This document shows positions 1 to 13,732 of a stretch of 64,000 bases of DNA, one piece after another. The stretch is from Psammoneis japonica. Lineage: Eukaryota. Under the pieces are notes generated by a model, which had not been told where the DNA came from, made no database searches, and saw only the letters and a list, made by a program, of their open reading frames with translations. Position 1 is the stretch's first letter. Every line of letters begins with the position of its first letter. A program made the translations under genes and the position numbers. The stretch is taken from positions 496,001 through 560,000 of the forward strand of contig QPGO01000014.1 in assembly GCA_008632985.1 (NCBI GenBank), written 5' to 3'.

Positions 1-1
1 T

Positions 2-3000
2 GCCGGAAACGGCGGAGACTCGGCCTACTCATATCCTGCATCCTACCCATACGTCATGTCGGCAGCAGCTGTTGACAAGGACATGAACGTGGCTGGGTTC
101 TCGCAATTTAACGACCAAGTCGAAATTGCAGCTCCAGGTGTTGACATAGTCTCGACTGTAACGCTGAACAGCGGGAGAGCTTTTGGATATGACAGTTGGA
201 GTGGTACATCAATGGCGGCTCCTTTTGTTTCGGGGATTGCTGCAGTACTATTCTCACACTTTCCGGAATGTTCTAATCATCAAATAAGGGCTGTTCTCAT
301 TCGAACGGCATTAAACGAGGATCTCGTCGAGTGTAGTGACGAGGTTGGGTTTGGCGTCGTACAAGCCAAGGCAGCCTATGATTTGTTGAAGAATAATGGA
401 TGCATTGCTGGAGATGTCTCTCCAAGGCCGCTATCTGATGGTGCGTATGGAGGATGTGATCAAGATCCAAACTACGTTCCACCGCCAACAGGCGCACCAA
501 CCACATTCGCCTGCGGAGACATTATATTTCGTCTCGAGCTCACAACGGACGAATGGGGAGAGGAAACATCCTGGACAGTGAAGAAATCCAACGGCGATGT
601 TGTTGGCTCAGGGAGCGGTTACCGCAGCTCTACATCCTACACCGAAAATCTATGCCTTGCTCCCGATTCGTACACATTCACTATTCGCGATTCGGAGAGT
701 GATGGAATTTGTTGTACGTACGGTCAAGGATCCTATTCCGTGACTTGGGATGGCATATTGATTCAATCAGGGGGGGCTTTCATGGACTTGGAAGAGATTC
801 CATTAGGTAAATCGTTTAGCTTGGGGCCTAAGGTATCTCCAGATGGATTCCCCTCTGTATCAAATACCGGCTGCGAAGACGATGCCAGCTGGCAGTACAA
901 TACCAAAAGGGGGGGGAAGAAAAAATGCAAGTACCTCAAGGCGAATCCATCTGCTAGATGCAACTTAATGGGACGGAACCAAACGGGGCAGTTGACGTCT
1001 GGCTACGATTCTTGTCCGCTTTCATGTGGTGGGTGTCATGCAAGTCTACCGGATGAGAAATCATCATCAACAAGCCCATCAACACCAGCACCAACGCCTT
1101 CGCCATCCCTTCTTCCTTCAACGTTATCTCCCACCAGACATCCGACGTTTTTACCGACTTTGAGTCCAAGCGGCTATCCAACTCCCACACCTACTTTTTC
1201 ACCTACAGGGCCGCCTACAAACCAACCAACGGAACATACGACGACTACGCCAACAGTGCGACCTTCGCAGAAACCCACATTGAGCCCAACTATTTCACCC
1301 ACCTTTTCACCTTCTCCGCAACCGACAGATACAGATCTGTCGCCGCCCCCTCCGCTACTTACTGTGAGTGTCCTCCAGACTCTTCAAGGGATCGATATGG
1401 GTAGTAGATTTGGTGTATGTGTTGAGTTCTCTGGAGATGGAAGCACAATGGCTGCAGGCGCCATCAACAAAAACACCGTCATTGCATATCGATGGGATGG
1501 CAATCAGTGGAATATTTTTGGACAAGTACTTCGTGGAAGTGGAAGTTTCGGTGGTCGTGTGGGGCTGAACGAGGACGGCACCATCCTGGTTGTCGGTGCG
1601 AGAAGTAACAATGATGGCGGCTACCAAGCTGGACAAGTCCAAACATTTCGGATCAACTCAGATGATAGATGGGTCCCTCATGGACAGCCAATTTTTGGAA
1701 AATCAGATGTTGATCACTTCGGCTGGGATGTGGCCATCTCAGATGACGGACGGACAATCGCCGCTGCTTCCTTTTCCGTGGTGATCTATCGCGACAAAAA
1801 GTGGATGCCGGCTATGTTCGAGTGTTTGCATGGGCTGGCAAATGGGTGCAATTAGGCAAGGATATTGAAGGTGATGTTGCTCATAGTTGGCTTGGTCGAG
1901 CCATCGCATTCGATTCAGCTGGACGTAGAATTGCCGTCGGGTTGCGAAAGGTGGAGATGGTGCAGGAAGTGTAAGGACTTTCGACTACGTAAATGGTGCC
2001 TGGCGCACTGTAGGACAGGCGCTCATTGGAGACGCTTCTCATGATTCTCAAGGTACAAGTGTCGCCCTTTCTGGGGATGGCTCTATTCTTGCCATTGGTG
2101 CCGATGGAAATGACACAAACGGGCGAGACACGGGTATGGTCCGAGTGTACAAACTTTCGGGAGGCTTGTGGATCCAACGAGGACAAACTATTTTAGGGAG
2201 AGATGGCGGTGGAAGTTTGGGGTATGGTCACCTGGGTTTGTCAGACGACGGGGATCTTCTTGCTGCAGGAGCACAAAATCTAGACAGCAAAAGAGGCGAA
2301 GCCTATCTTTTTCAATGCGATCATGTTGCTAATCGATGGGAGCAGATTGCAAATTTTTCCGGAGATCGCGATGGTGGCACTTTTGGACATTCAGTGGCGT
2401 TATCCGGCGACGGGTCTTTCTTCGCAGTCGGAGCACCTGACGACGGTACCGGTTATATTCGTGTCTTTTATGTGGCTTCGTCAGATCCTACAATTCAGAC
2501 TAAAAAGTTATCTTCCGCCCAGTTTACAAAAACGCCAGCTGCTCCCATTGCAGTTTGCCGAACTGACATTTCTGATCGGATGTGCAAAATGGCTTGCACC
2601 GAGAATAGCGCATTCCCGTATAGAAAAGAAGCGCCGAATGGAGATAGCATAATGTGCTGCTCTGGCAAAGAAGCCTGCATGAAAGAAAATCTTCGAGGAA
2701 CAGGCAAGACGCTCAATGCGAGAAATTTTGACTACCTCTGCTGTCAAGGTGAGAAAGCTTGCGCTGAATCGTTAATAGAGCTGCCTCGAATTGGTGCGGT
2801 GTGCAGTGGAGACAAAGCATGTTTTCAATCAAGATTTGCAAAAGATGACGAGAATCAGTCGAGTGAAAACATCGGGATAAAATGCCTGGGAAGCGAGTCA
2901 TGTGGAAACGCCGATTTCGAGGGTGCGGGGCCCGTTGACTTGTGCTGTGTTGGTCAGAAAGCCTGTGAAAAGGTTGGAGAGGGAAATCAATCTCAAGGGC

Positions 3001-3263
3001 TGGACAGAGGTAAAGAACGAAAGGAGAGGCTGGGTCCTGAAAATGGGAGTCGGGTGCAGTGCTCGTCATTTGACCGAAGGAGCGAAGTGTGTCACGAGAG
3101 TCGCTTTGCCGAAGCAGGTGGGTCGGTGGAAGTTTGTTGCATGGGAAGGTCTTGTGGGACACTTTGCAATGTGGAAGACTGTAAATGCAAGCCACACTCT
3201 GACACTACATCAGTTGCATGCAGTGATGGTTCCAATGCCTTTGTTTGTGGACATGGCCATTGA
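2..3263 (+). CDS. Subtilisin-like serine protease (S8), copy 1, 5' end outside window. Domains: catalytic C-half, DGICC-type beta module, Pro/Thr linker, FG-GAP-like beta-propeller, Cys-rich C-terminus. Two apparent -1 frameshifts (~1773, ~1940).
   Basis: AGNGG oxyanion motif, DQVEIAAPGVDI and catalytic GTSMAAPFVSG. Repeated FG.SVALSGDG..LAVGA blades. Colinear with copy 2 (16236-19556), which shows the missing single bases. Confidence 0.85.
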
Positions 3264-3622
3264 TCTGTCAGCATTCTTTCTTAAACTCACAGGACAAGAA
3301 GCTGCGCAAGCATTGATCGACCAGCACATGGTGGGGAATGGTGTAACTCAATCACTTTTTATCAGAGGAAGCACATGCATTGTCAATTTTAACAACAAAA
3401 TAAGTTTTCTTTGACACTTGTTCTCAACACGTCAGCACTCGTTCAATGCTGTTGTTCAGCCACAAATGCAAGGGATGCCACCACCCCATGACTAAATTGT
3501 GGGGATCTAGAATGCATGGCAGTTCCCAGGTTTCACACACTTTCTCAACTTTCAACCAAAGCAAAACTGGTGCACATGCACACTTTTCGAGTGCCCCATG
3601 GAGTGAAAAACAAGTTCCTCAT

Positions 3623-4226
3623 GCTTCTTGTGGACACAACTTGTGGTCTGAGATCCACTGAATGAGAAGTGTCAGAATTGGTGGGGTGGGGCCACAGACC
3701 TGCCTCTCTGCAGCAAGCAAGCTGAAGGTGTTTTTTGCCACACTGCTCACACACACACTCACAACTGCTGCAGATTGGATTGGCATGTTTTGTGCAGCTC
3801 TTGTTTTGTGGCAAGCAATGGTGTGTGATTTTTTGGGCATGTGCTGTGGCACAGGAGTCCAGGAGGCTCTTTCCAGGGCTCTTCCTGGCTGCCCCAGCTG
3901 CACAAAGAAAAGCACATTCTGTGGCCCTTTGCAGCTTCTTGTGGACACAACTTGTGGTCTGAGATCCACTGAATGAGAAGTGCCAGAATTGGTGGGGTGG
4001 GGGCACAGACCTGCCTCTCTGCAGCAAGCAAGCTGAAGGTTTTTTTGCCACACTGCTCACACACACTCACAGCTGCTGCAGATTGGATTGGCATGTTTTG
4101 TGGCAAGCAATGGTGTGTAATTCATTGGGCACGTGCTGTGGTGCAGGAGTCCAGGAGGCTCTTTCCAGGGCTCTTCCTGGCTGCCCCAGCTGCACAAGGA
4201 AAAGCACATTCTGTGGCCCTTTGCAA
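3623..4226. repeat. Tandem duplication, ~311-bp unit x2, in hypermutated 3' flank; related sequence at ~19830-20450 and ~23620-24150
   Basis: gcttcttgtggacacaacttgtggtctgagatccactgaatgagaagtg starts at both 3623 and 3934. Confidence 0.85.
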
Positions 4227-4551
4227 CTTGTTGCCTCTCTCCTCTTGCTCCTGACAAGGGCAGCCACTTGCAGCACTCCCCCCCCTGCCCCCACCTCTGC
4301 AAGCTGCTGGTCAGATCAAAGCTGCCTGAGACCCTGCACTTTTCTGACAAAACATGCCATCTGCAGAAAATCTTGTTGCTTTTTTTGTCTCAAAACAGGC
4401 AAAGAAGGGCAGACAAGCAGCTTCATTTTTTGCCAACCACAAGGCACCACACAGCTGCACCAGCACCCAGCCAAGCCAATGTGCTGTCCTGCCAAACACA
4501 AACACACCTGTGCCTGTCAACTGGTGTGGGTGACACATTGTCATGGTGCCC

Positions 4552-5798
4552 ATGGCAGGTGAAGCACTCAATTGTGGAGTGAATGGTGTCATGCAAACTG
4601 AAAAGAGGGGAGACGCTCTCCACTGCCAGTTGACATTTCAACCATCAGCCACAATCCTCCCAGTTGTCAGCTGAGTGCACCAAGTTGGAAAGCCAATTTG
4701 CTTGTTGGAGCTTCAATGGCAACAAGTCAAGCAAACAGTTTTGAGCACTGTGATTTGCAATGGAAGATGCCTTCTGCTGCTGTGTGCATTGTCCACAGGA
4801 CAGGAGAAGCACCTGAACTGTGTCAAATCCAGGTGCCAATCCACTGAACACCACCAACCAAAATGTGATGCTGCAAAGTGCTGCCAACCATGGCATTTAG
4901 CATCACAGGTGCTGAAACCACTGCCAGTGAACCCCATCATAGACAATGCTCTGGGAGGTGAGGTGTGGCTGGCCTGCACAGCACAGCTGGAAGCACTGCC
5001 AGCCACAGCTGCTGCCACCTTTGCCACAAGGTGCACAAGGCCTGCCAGGAGGGCCAGCCAAGCCAGGCACACTGCTGCTGCTGCCACTGGTGATCATTTG
5101 CAATTGCCGAGGCAATTGTGCCATGGCTGCCAATGATCTGCATCAAAGAAACTGTGCTGACATCATGCAAGATTTTGTGTGCCCATTCAAGAGCAGTCAT
5201 GACACAACCCAGCTGCTCTTTGAGACCACACATGTTCAGTGCTGGGGCATGATTTGCCTGTGGCACTCATGCAGGCAGCACACACTGCTGCACAGCAGCC
5301 GCAAGCAGCCCACAATGTTTGTGTGGTTCAGGTCTCACACCAAACAACTGGGCACCCCACTGCAGTGGTGGGGCCACCACAAACATGGGATGGCAACATG
5401 AGCACCATCAGCGGGGATCTCACACAATGGGCCAGCATTGTCTTGCCGTGGTGCCTGAGGGACTGCACGAACATGTGGCAGCCAAAACACAGTGCACAGA
5501 AGATGCAGGAAACTGTGGTGGTCCCACTTGACTTTGTCAACCTGTTTCTTGCAGCACTGCTTGCTCCCAAGCAAGTGTTCACCAGACTGCATCATGCCAT
5601 GATGGCAGTGAATCATGCAGCAGCATGCAGGTCCATGTTGGATTTTCTGAAAGCAGCATGTTGTGTGACAGCACATTGGATCAGCACATGTCAGTGGTGC
5701 TGCACAACTGGCCCACTGTGCCCCAACTGTGAAATGAAGCACTGGCTTGCTTCTTCAATGCTGTGTGGTGCAGCAAGATCTTCCCAATGGGGCAGGTC

Positions 5799-5830
<32 letters not shown>

Positions 5831-8421
5831 CTGCATCAGTGTGAGCTGGTGTGGCAGCCACCACAGAGAGCTTGATGACAGAGCAACAATGCCAGCAATG
5901 GTTGTGTGCCATTGCCAGACAGCAAGCAGCAGTGTTCAGCAAGACCCCAGCTGAAGTGCATGAGGAGTTTGGGGTGGCTGAGCTCATGTGGATCTGTCAA
6001 GTGCGTGATCAGGCAAATCTCTCACAGCCCCCCCTTCCAAAGAGTGATCAACTCAGCACAGTTCAGAACTTCATTGACAAGTGATGCCAGGCACATTCAG
6101 AGTGCTTCAATGTGCCAGTGTCTGTTGACAACCTCATTGGTGAGCTCATCACACATGTCACAGCATGATCAGCAGATTTGCGCAGCAGGTGAAGGGGTGC
6201 CATTGCTCTCCTGGACACAGGTGGAGCAAATCACATGTCATGTGCTGCAACATGATGCATCGGCAGATTTGTCCAGGTGAAGGGGGGCCATTGCTCATGA
6301 ACACATGTGCCTTGGAAGTGCCCAGTGATGCCATGGCAGCTGCCACCACTCAAGCTGTGCAGCAATCATTTGATGGATTGCACACAGAGTGCTCTCAGTG
6401 GTGGTTGGAGCACCACACCCCCTTGTCCAATGGCTTGTCAATGTGAGGCAGCATGCCATGGACACACATGCCAAAGACTTGGCAATGCCATGAACGAGTG
6501 CAGATGTGCTGCTGGCTTCAGAGCCAAGAACACTCACACATCCTTGTGCCATTTAGCACACCACTGCCAATTGTCTCAGAGGCTGCAAAAGGAGCATGCA
6601 CCACTGGCAAAATGGACATGTCATTGACTGTCAAAAAGTCACCCACACTTGTGCAGATTGGTGCACCTGCACCATCCATGACCAGCAAGGGCAGCACAAT
6701 GCTGGGAGACAATGCCACTGTCTGCAATGAACACTGTGATGAATGGTTTGAGGAACTGCAAAGCTGACCCAGTGTGCACTCTCATGCAATCAAGCTCTGT
6801 TGCATCAAAGAAAACACAGCTCTCCCCGCTGACTTGAAAGCAGCACAGCAGCAGTGCCTGCCATGCCATTGCAAAAGGGTGCAGCGCAACACCAACTGTG
6901 GCTCTCATGCTGACCAGCCACCACAACAACTGCAGCAAGCAGGGCCAATTGAGCTTGCTGGAGTGGGAAAAGCAGCAGCACTGGATGACCAAACAGGCCA
7001 TTGGCACAATGGCCCTGCGGCACAGTTTGGGGACTGGAGGCCAAGAGCTGCTGGTGCCTGCATGGAGAAAATCTGCACATCCACTGCTGCCATGAGTGCA
7101 GGCTAGAAAGCAACAACAGGCCCACCCACCATGTGTGAACAGGAGACAATGCAGCATCCACAATCACCAACAAACCAGGCAAGCAAATTTCATGTGATGA
7201 CATTGTCCTTTGCTCAAGACACCTCAGTTGCTTGTTGCATGTGTGCCTGGTGGGGGCAATTGGGGGGCATTAGAGAATGCACAGAGCTGCCCTGCACACC
7301 ACCTGCTCACAAGCCAGAAGTGTCGTGGGGTGCAACCTCATTGCAAGCATGGTGCAGTCATGTGCTGCTGCCAATTGTTTTGGCATCATGCATGAGCACA
7401 AGCCTCTCAATTGGGCTGGTGACACTGGCACCCTGCTTTGTCAATGCAAGGGATCAATGACCACCATTGGGCCTGCTGCAAAATTGCTGCAGTGCCAAGG
7501 ACAGCACCAATGCTGTGCCATCAGCACCTCTTGCTGTGCGCTGCTTGCCAGGCTCTCTTTCAATGCTGCTGATGATGATGCAGGTGTTTGTCTCCACCAA
7601 AATGCCTGGCACACCATGTCATGTCTCTTCTGCAGGCATCTCAGGCTTCCCCCGCACCTCCGTTCTGGCTGTCAGCCCTGGCAACCTGGGGTTTGCACAC
7701 CCTGCTGATGTTTGACATTTTTGAGTGGTTGGAGCCATGGTGCTTCTTCTTTGCACCCATGTTGAGTGCTGGCAGGGTGGAGAACTCTTTGTCCTCCTTC
7801 ACCTCAGCACCAATGTTCCCCTTGCCCCTGCCAACTCACAAGTTGGCCTCATGCCCAGCACAACCCTCCAGGTGGGCCTGCCCTCCTGCCAACTGCACTG
7901 GTCTGCTCACACTGCAATGCAGGCGGGGGCACTGCTGGCACAGCCAGCATGCTGCCCCTGATTGGAAGCAGAAAGGGACCAACTGCACCTCCTGGCAAAG
8001 TGCTCCCATCCCTGCAAGTCCTTGTCTGTTTGTCACCTGGATTGGTGCACACCGCAAGAGGTCGTGGCAGGCAAAGCAGCACTGGCCACTCTGGCCTCAT
8101 GTGGGCTGACAAGGAATTGTGACCCATTGCCAGTTGATGACTCATCTGCAGCTCCCATCATCAGCTGAGTGTGCAAAGTTGGCAAAAAGTGCTGCTGCTT
8201 TGCTTGTTTTTCAAATGAGCTTTGACAGCAGCAACCCAGGCACCAGACAGCTTTGATGAGTGCTCTCCCATCTTTCTCTTTCCCTGTGGCCCTGTGCTGA
8301 TCTTCCAGCTTGGGAATGTGGCTGGAGAGGGACCAGCTGTGCCTGGCAAAGTCCTCCCATCCCCACAAGTCCTTGTCTATTCTTTTTGCTTGTTGCCTGG
8401 ATTCGTGCACCGCAAGAGGTC
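4552..8421 (+). mobile_element. Degenerate, internally deleted Ngaro-like tyrosine-recombinase retrotransposon related to 33926-40300
   Basis: Translated fragments align with the element at 33926-40300: gag (VVGPPQTWDG vs VVGPAEPWDG; LDFLKAACC vs LDFLRVACC; ARQQAA), RNase H (GTLLCQCKGSMTTIGPAAKLL..NAADDD) and YR C-terminus (SPGNLGF..GAMVLL). Split repeats: A1 ~4552-4700, B1 ~7970-8062, A2 ~8063-8200, B2 ~8325-8421. Left boundary approximate. Confidence 0.75.
5798..5831 (+). repeat. (CAA)11 microsatellite
   Basis: Read directly from sequence. Confidence 0.95.
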
Positions 8422-9440
8422 AAATGAGCAAAACAACGCCAGTTGCCCACTGTCCCATTTGATTCCCAAGTCAGCAAAGGCATCGAAACATTGCAAAAAA
8501 AGAACAGAAACCCAAATAATTTACGGTGCACACGTGCTGCAGAACCACAGCTGAAAAAATCGTAGTTTTTGCGGCGCAGCCGCGTTTTCATGCAAAAGCG
8601 CGAAAACCCATGGGCCTTTTTGCGTGGCGCAGCTGTGCAGAAGCATGAAAAGCACGCATGCCTTGTGCGGCTGCTTCTAAAATCCAAAACAAACCTTGGC
8701 ATAACTGGCATGTTGTTGACAATGACAAACTTTGTGTTGCTGCCACCAAACACACAACAAGAGTTAAAACTTTGGACATTGCAGATCGACAGACACTGCC
8801 ATGAATTTTTAACTGCATCCAATGCCAGAAGATCCAGTTGTTTGCTGTCCAAAAAGATGTCATGCAAATCAACAACGGCTGCCACCGATCCATCACTCGC
8901 CGATGGCGCGATGCTCGAGAAGGGGGAATCTCATGCGCTGATTGTCAGAATGCTGTGAAGGCTGCCCTCCAATCAACTGTTTGTGACATCAATCACCAAG
9001 AATCAAGTGCAGGAGCCATTCAGTGCATGTTTGCCGTGCACAATGGTGGTTTGGCAGGAATGTTTGGGAAAGGGAAAGCAATGTCTGTGAGACAAACATT
9101 GTGAAAAAAGTTCAAACAAAGCAACATTGCCCAAGACTTGGATCTTACCTTTTTTGGCAGGCGGTGTGGAAATCAGCAATGGCATTTTGTTTCCCGTGGA
9201 AGCTGTGACACGAGGAATTCTCTTGCAAACAAGCCGCCCCAAAATCAAGCTGCACTCCCTGACAAGTTGCTGTCAAAGCTTTGCCTCTCCCTTGAAAGAT
9301 TCCATTGCCAAAGAGCCACCAAGAACAGGTCAAGAGAAACTCACAACGAAGGAAACGAATGAAAGAGACAATGCACCGGCCCCACCAACAACAATGTCGA
9401 CGCAACACCACACCCACAAGAACAAGCGCAAACAAAAAGA

Positions 9441-9860
9441 AACAGAATGAATGAGCATCCGTGTGTTTTACACACAAAATTGCAGCAACACGCTCATGCC
9501 TTGTTTGCAATGCTGCTGCTCCTTCTTCCAGAATCCAAAGAGGAAAAGCATTGCCATCTGCGAGAGCTGCTGTGTCCTGTGGGCGCAGATGAAAAAAGCA
9601 GGAAAAAAACAGAATGAATGAGTGCTCATGTGTTTTGTGCAGCAATTCCAACAACACACTTGTGCCTGTTTTCCCAATGATGCTGCTCTTTATTCTGCCA
9701 AAACTTCAAAGAGAAGAAAGACCATCGCCATCCAAGAAAGCTGGTGTGGTGTCCTTTGGGAGTGGATGTAGAAAAGAAACAGAATGAATGAGCACTCATG
9801 ACATTTCACACAGCAATTTCAATGACTCATGCCTTTTTTTCAACACTGCTGCTCTTGCTC
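9441..9860. repeat. Three diverged ~168-bp tandem units
   Basis: aaacagaatgaatgag...tgctgctc recurs at ~9440, ~9607 and ~9777. Confidence 0.7.
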
Positions 9861-10143
9861 TTTGTTCTTCCAAAACTCTTAAGAGAGAAAAAGCCATTGA
9901 CTTGGAGATCCCAAACCACGAATGCTGCAGCCGACAGAGTGAGCTGCAAGACCGTGATGGAGCAACTCCACGCCCCATGAACAACACCATTCCATTGTAA
10001 CCAAGCGATTTCAATTTTCGAACAAGCGCTCGTGTGATTGTCATTTTTACTGTCCAACCAACTGCACGCTTTAATTGTGTTGTCACGGTCTGATCTGCAA
10101 AACAACACGGACGGCCTTTGGTGAGAGACATGGAAATGGACAC

Positions 10144-10384
10144 TGACAGAAAATGAAGATGACTGGGTGGAAGAAAACAACAACTCCTTGCTGCTGTCTA
10201 AATGGCAGATGAGTCTCCGTGCAGAGACCATTGCAGGAGCCAAAAGACTGGTGTCGTGATGTTGGCACTGCTGTTGTTGTTCTTGTGAGCCTGTGGCTCA
10301 AAAGCAAACTACATCGCGATGCACGCAGAACTAAGAGCACACATGATTGTGTGTGACAACCAAAATCTTGTTCAAATCCTGTCA
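10144..10384 (-). repeat. 3' LTR of Copia element (241 bp)
   Basis: tgacagaaaatgaag...caaatcctgtca, direct repeat of 14509-14750. Confidence 0.95.
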
Positions 10385-13300
10385 CTCCCCAGTTTGCTTG
10401 AGGGGTCAACAGCAACAGATTCAAGGTCAGATTGGTTGAAAGCCTCAGGATCAAAGTTCCAAAACACCAGAGGATGAAGGAGGTTCCAGATTTGGGAGTG
10501 ACCCGAATGCTTGCTGAGGATGTCAGCCGGGTTGCGGGAGCCTTCGATGAAATGAAACTTGAGGAAACCGGAGGCAATCGCCTCGAGCACATGATGGAAC
10601 GAGAGGGCGGTGTGTTGCTTGTGTAACTTGGAGTGCGGGATGGCAGCACTGTCCACAACCGACTTGTTGTCCCCAAACATGTAACATGTTTCACGAGTGG
10701 GAACGCCAAGGTGACGTAAAGTGATGCGCAGATCAAGAGACACTGCTCCGGAATGGACACTGTTGATGGGCATGTCTGTGAGGTGTCCATCGGCAACAAG
10801 CCTTGCTTTGTGCCATCCGTCATGTTTGACATCACAGACGAGATGCACCCGGATCTTCTTGTGTCCTGGTGGAGCACTGGAATCATTGTGGTGTCCGCAG
10901 TCATGGAAGACCTCGTGCTCATCAAGCTGAGTCATCTCAAGGTCTGTTGCGTCTCCCCACTTGCGGTTGCCGTTGCGCTCATCAAGGGCCATGGCATGCT
11001 TGTAGTCCCGTGGCACTTCATGCCCGTGCTTGCATCGTGGCACAGTGCAAAAGGAGCATGACTTGGCTTGGTTGGCCATGCGGAGTGGCTTCTTCTGGCA
11101 AAGGGCTGTCTTGCAAAAACGTCTCCATCCTTCAGTTTCTAGAAGGCCGTGCTCACGCGCACAGACAGCACAGGTGATGGGGTCATCCTTGGCAATGATG
11201 GCAAGGGGTTCGGACGTGATCTCCCCATTCTCCCATTCAAGCATGACGTTGTAGCTTGAGCGTTTCCAAGAGGGATCATGGGGTCGCAATGGTCCTTCGT
11301 GCGATGCGATGCATCGGAACTTCCAGAGGGTGGTGTCCTCATCTTCTTGCTCAATGTGGTGCATGATGTCATTGCAGGCTGGGACTTCCTCACATTCGTC
11401 ATTGTTGACGGAGCAAATGAACTTGACCAGTTCAGGATTGTCTCCAATTTTCCAGTCGTGGTCCTCAACGGCTTTGACGATGCGGGCTCTGTGGCGTTGT
11501 CCATCCTCTTGTGGCTTCATGAGGAAGGTGCATCCTGTGACATCCTCGGGGTCAAGGATCGGCATTTTGGGCATCCTGATCACCTCCCCATCTGGTGAAT
11601 CTGGTGAATCCGCGGAGTCGTTGCGGGATTTAATGACAGGTTCAGCAGATTTCTCATCAGGAGGATCAAGACGCAGGTTTGGAGCAGACGGATCACGGGC
11701 GGAGTGCACGTTGGAACGGCAGAGAATCTTCTGAGTGTCGTCAGAAAGAATCTTGAACGTCATTTGGTGACCAACGTGCTTGGCGATGCCAACAAAGTGA
11801 CCACACAGTTCACGGGATTCGGACGGCCAGTCGGAATCATCCAGGTGGCAGTGCACGGTTTCCCACCATTGAAAGCGGAGGAGCGGGCTGATGTCGGGAG
11901 TGGAGCCAGATGGCACCTCAGTGGGGGCACGCTCCACTGGTTGATGATCGTCGATGCCTTGGACGTCAACCTGGCAACCAGTGCAGACAATGACATGAAC
12001 ATCATCACCGGCGATGCCACCGTTTGCACCACGATCCACTGGAGCACCTTTGTGAGTTGACTTGTGGGTCAAGGCAGAGCAGACGACATTGTGGTTGTTG
12101 ACGCGACGGCATTTGTGGCCGTTGATCTCAATGTCAGTGTCACTGGGCTTCGCGTCGGAGTGAACAGAAGGTGCAGAGCCGGGCAGTTTTTTGCCAGAAT
12201 GGGCAGAGGGAGGCCGTTCAGGTGCCAGGAGACATTGCAAGTCCCCGGGTGGCAGGGGCTTGCACCTGGTGAGATGAGCCAGAATGGGGTTAGCATCGGC
12301 TGCAGCGTCGGATTGTGCGAAGGCTGATGCAAGATCGTGAGTGTTGGCGGACAAGTTGACATTGCCATTGCTGCCAATGCAGAGGTCGTGCAGGTTGACC
12401 GCCGTCAAGTCATGGCAGTTGCCGGTGTGGGCGGTGCGCGAGCCAAGAATGATGGCCTTGGTGGACTGGGGCAAGGTGTCCCAAATGCGCTGATGGTCCG
12501 GTGGGATGCGATGCCATTGTTCCTTGGGTGAGGGAATTGCCACAAGTTTGCACAGCATGAGCTTGGATGACGTCAACATCACTGTCAATGTCGAAGAATG
12601 CATCGTCGTCAGGGTCGTCAGGGACTGGGTCATGTTTGTAGATGGCACGGCGCGGAGTGCAAGGAGCCGTCTTGGGGGCAAACGTGCTGTCGCACTGTGC
12701 TGCAGCAGAAAGCAGGAGTCCACAGCACTCTTCGTAAGAGAGCCCCTTTCCATTCTGCATGCGGAACTGATCGGCCTGATTCTTCACCAAACGGAGTTCT
12801 TTGACAGGATGAATGGCATTCTCAAGCATGACACGTTGCTGGCCAGCAGAGAAATGGTCCGCACCCGGGACAAGAGCTTCGTGCTTGCGAAGCTGGTCCT
12901 GCCAGTGAAGTGTGAAGGCATGAGTGGATCCCTTCCAGGTGCCATCACCAAGGCGAGCAGTGGTGAGGTGCGCGAGAAGGGTCGAGGACTCCAGGGATGC
13001 GCGAGTGGAAGAAAGGGCGCACTTGGAGAGGTCACGATGCACCGCTTGAGCATCAGAGGAGCCGACATGTTGACAAACAAGTGCCTTGCCTTTGTCATTC
13101 TGCAAGATCCGTTCGAACACTGTGAACATGTGCTTCTGTTGTTCGTCAAACAGGGCCTTGTCCTCAGCTGTAGAGGGCTTGTGCGTTGGATCGAGAATGC
13201 GTGCAATGTCTTGGGAGCGGGCCTGTGCGATGATGGAGGTGTGCCACGTGTGCCACTGTTTGTTGGACTTGAGAAGCGCGAAGGCAAGTGGGTCACGTTT

Positions 13301-13732
13301 GATGCCTTGTTTAAAGTCACGCACGGGATCACGTGGTTTGGGTGGCAATGAGCTGGGAGTGGGAGCAGATGGTGCTGCACCCATGGAGAGGGACGCCACA
13401 TGCTCAGGACTAAGACGACAGTTGGTGAACTCCTCTTGTGTGAACAATTGAGGGTCATTGCCAACATCCGCGCTGCTGCGCGCTTTCACCGTGTGCAGGC
13501 TAATCAGTGCAGCTGTCTGTGCTTTGTAACCACATGGCAAGTGCATTTGATTGGTGCTGTTGTTGTGCACAAGGGCATCCAATTGCATCGGAGTAAAAGT
13601 GAAAAGGTCCTGATGTGAGTCGGTTCCATCAGTGTTGAGGGTGGAGCACAATGGACTGTCTGTGGCTTGACTCAGAACAGTGCCCAGAACATGCTCGAGG
13701 CCATCGATTTGTTGTTGCCTGGTGAGAACCAT
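10372..13732 (-). pseudogene. Copia gag-pol remnant: frameshifted; integrase core deleted near 11935, RT core deleted near 10740
   Basis: ORFs 12410-13732 (gag) and 10372-12753 (pol pieces). RT motif VHSGAVSL is joined directly to RNase H DLRITLRHLG. Confidence 0.85.

Noticed and set aside
3446..9980. Many overlapping 60-200 aa Cys/His/Gln/Trp-rich ORFs on both strands (also 19.9-33.9, 42.6-45.9, 54.8-56.8 and 60-64 kb)
   Set aside because: By-products of TAA/TAG loss and TG/CA enrichment in mutated repeats; not credible metal-binding or toxin proteins.
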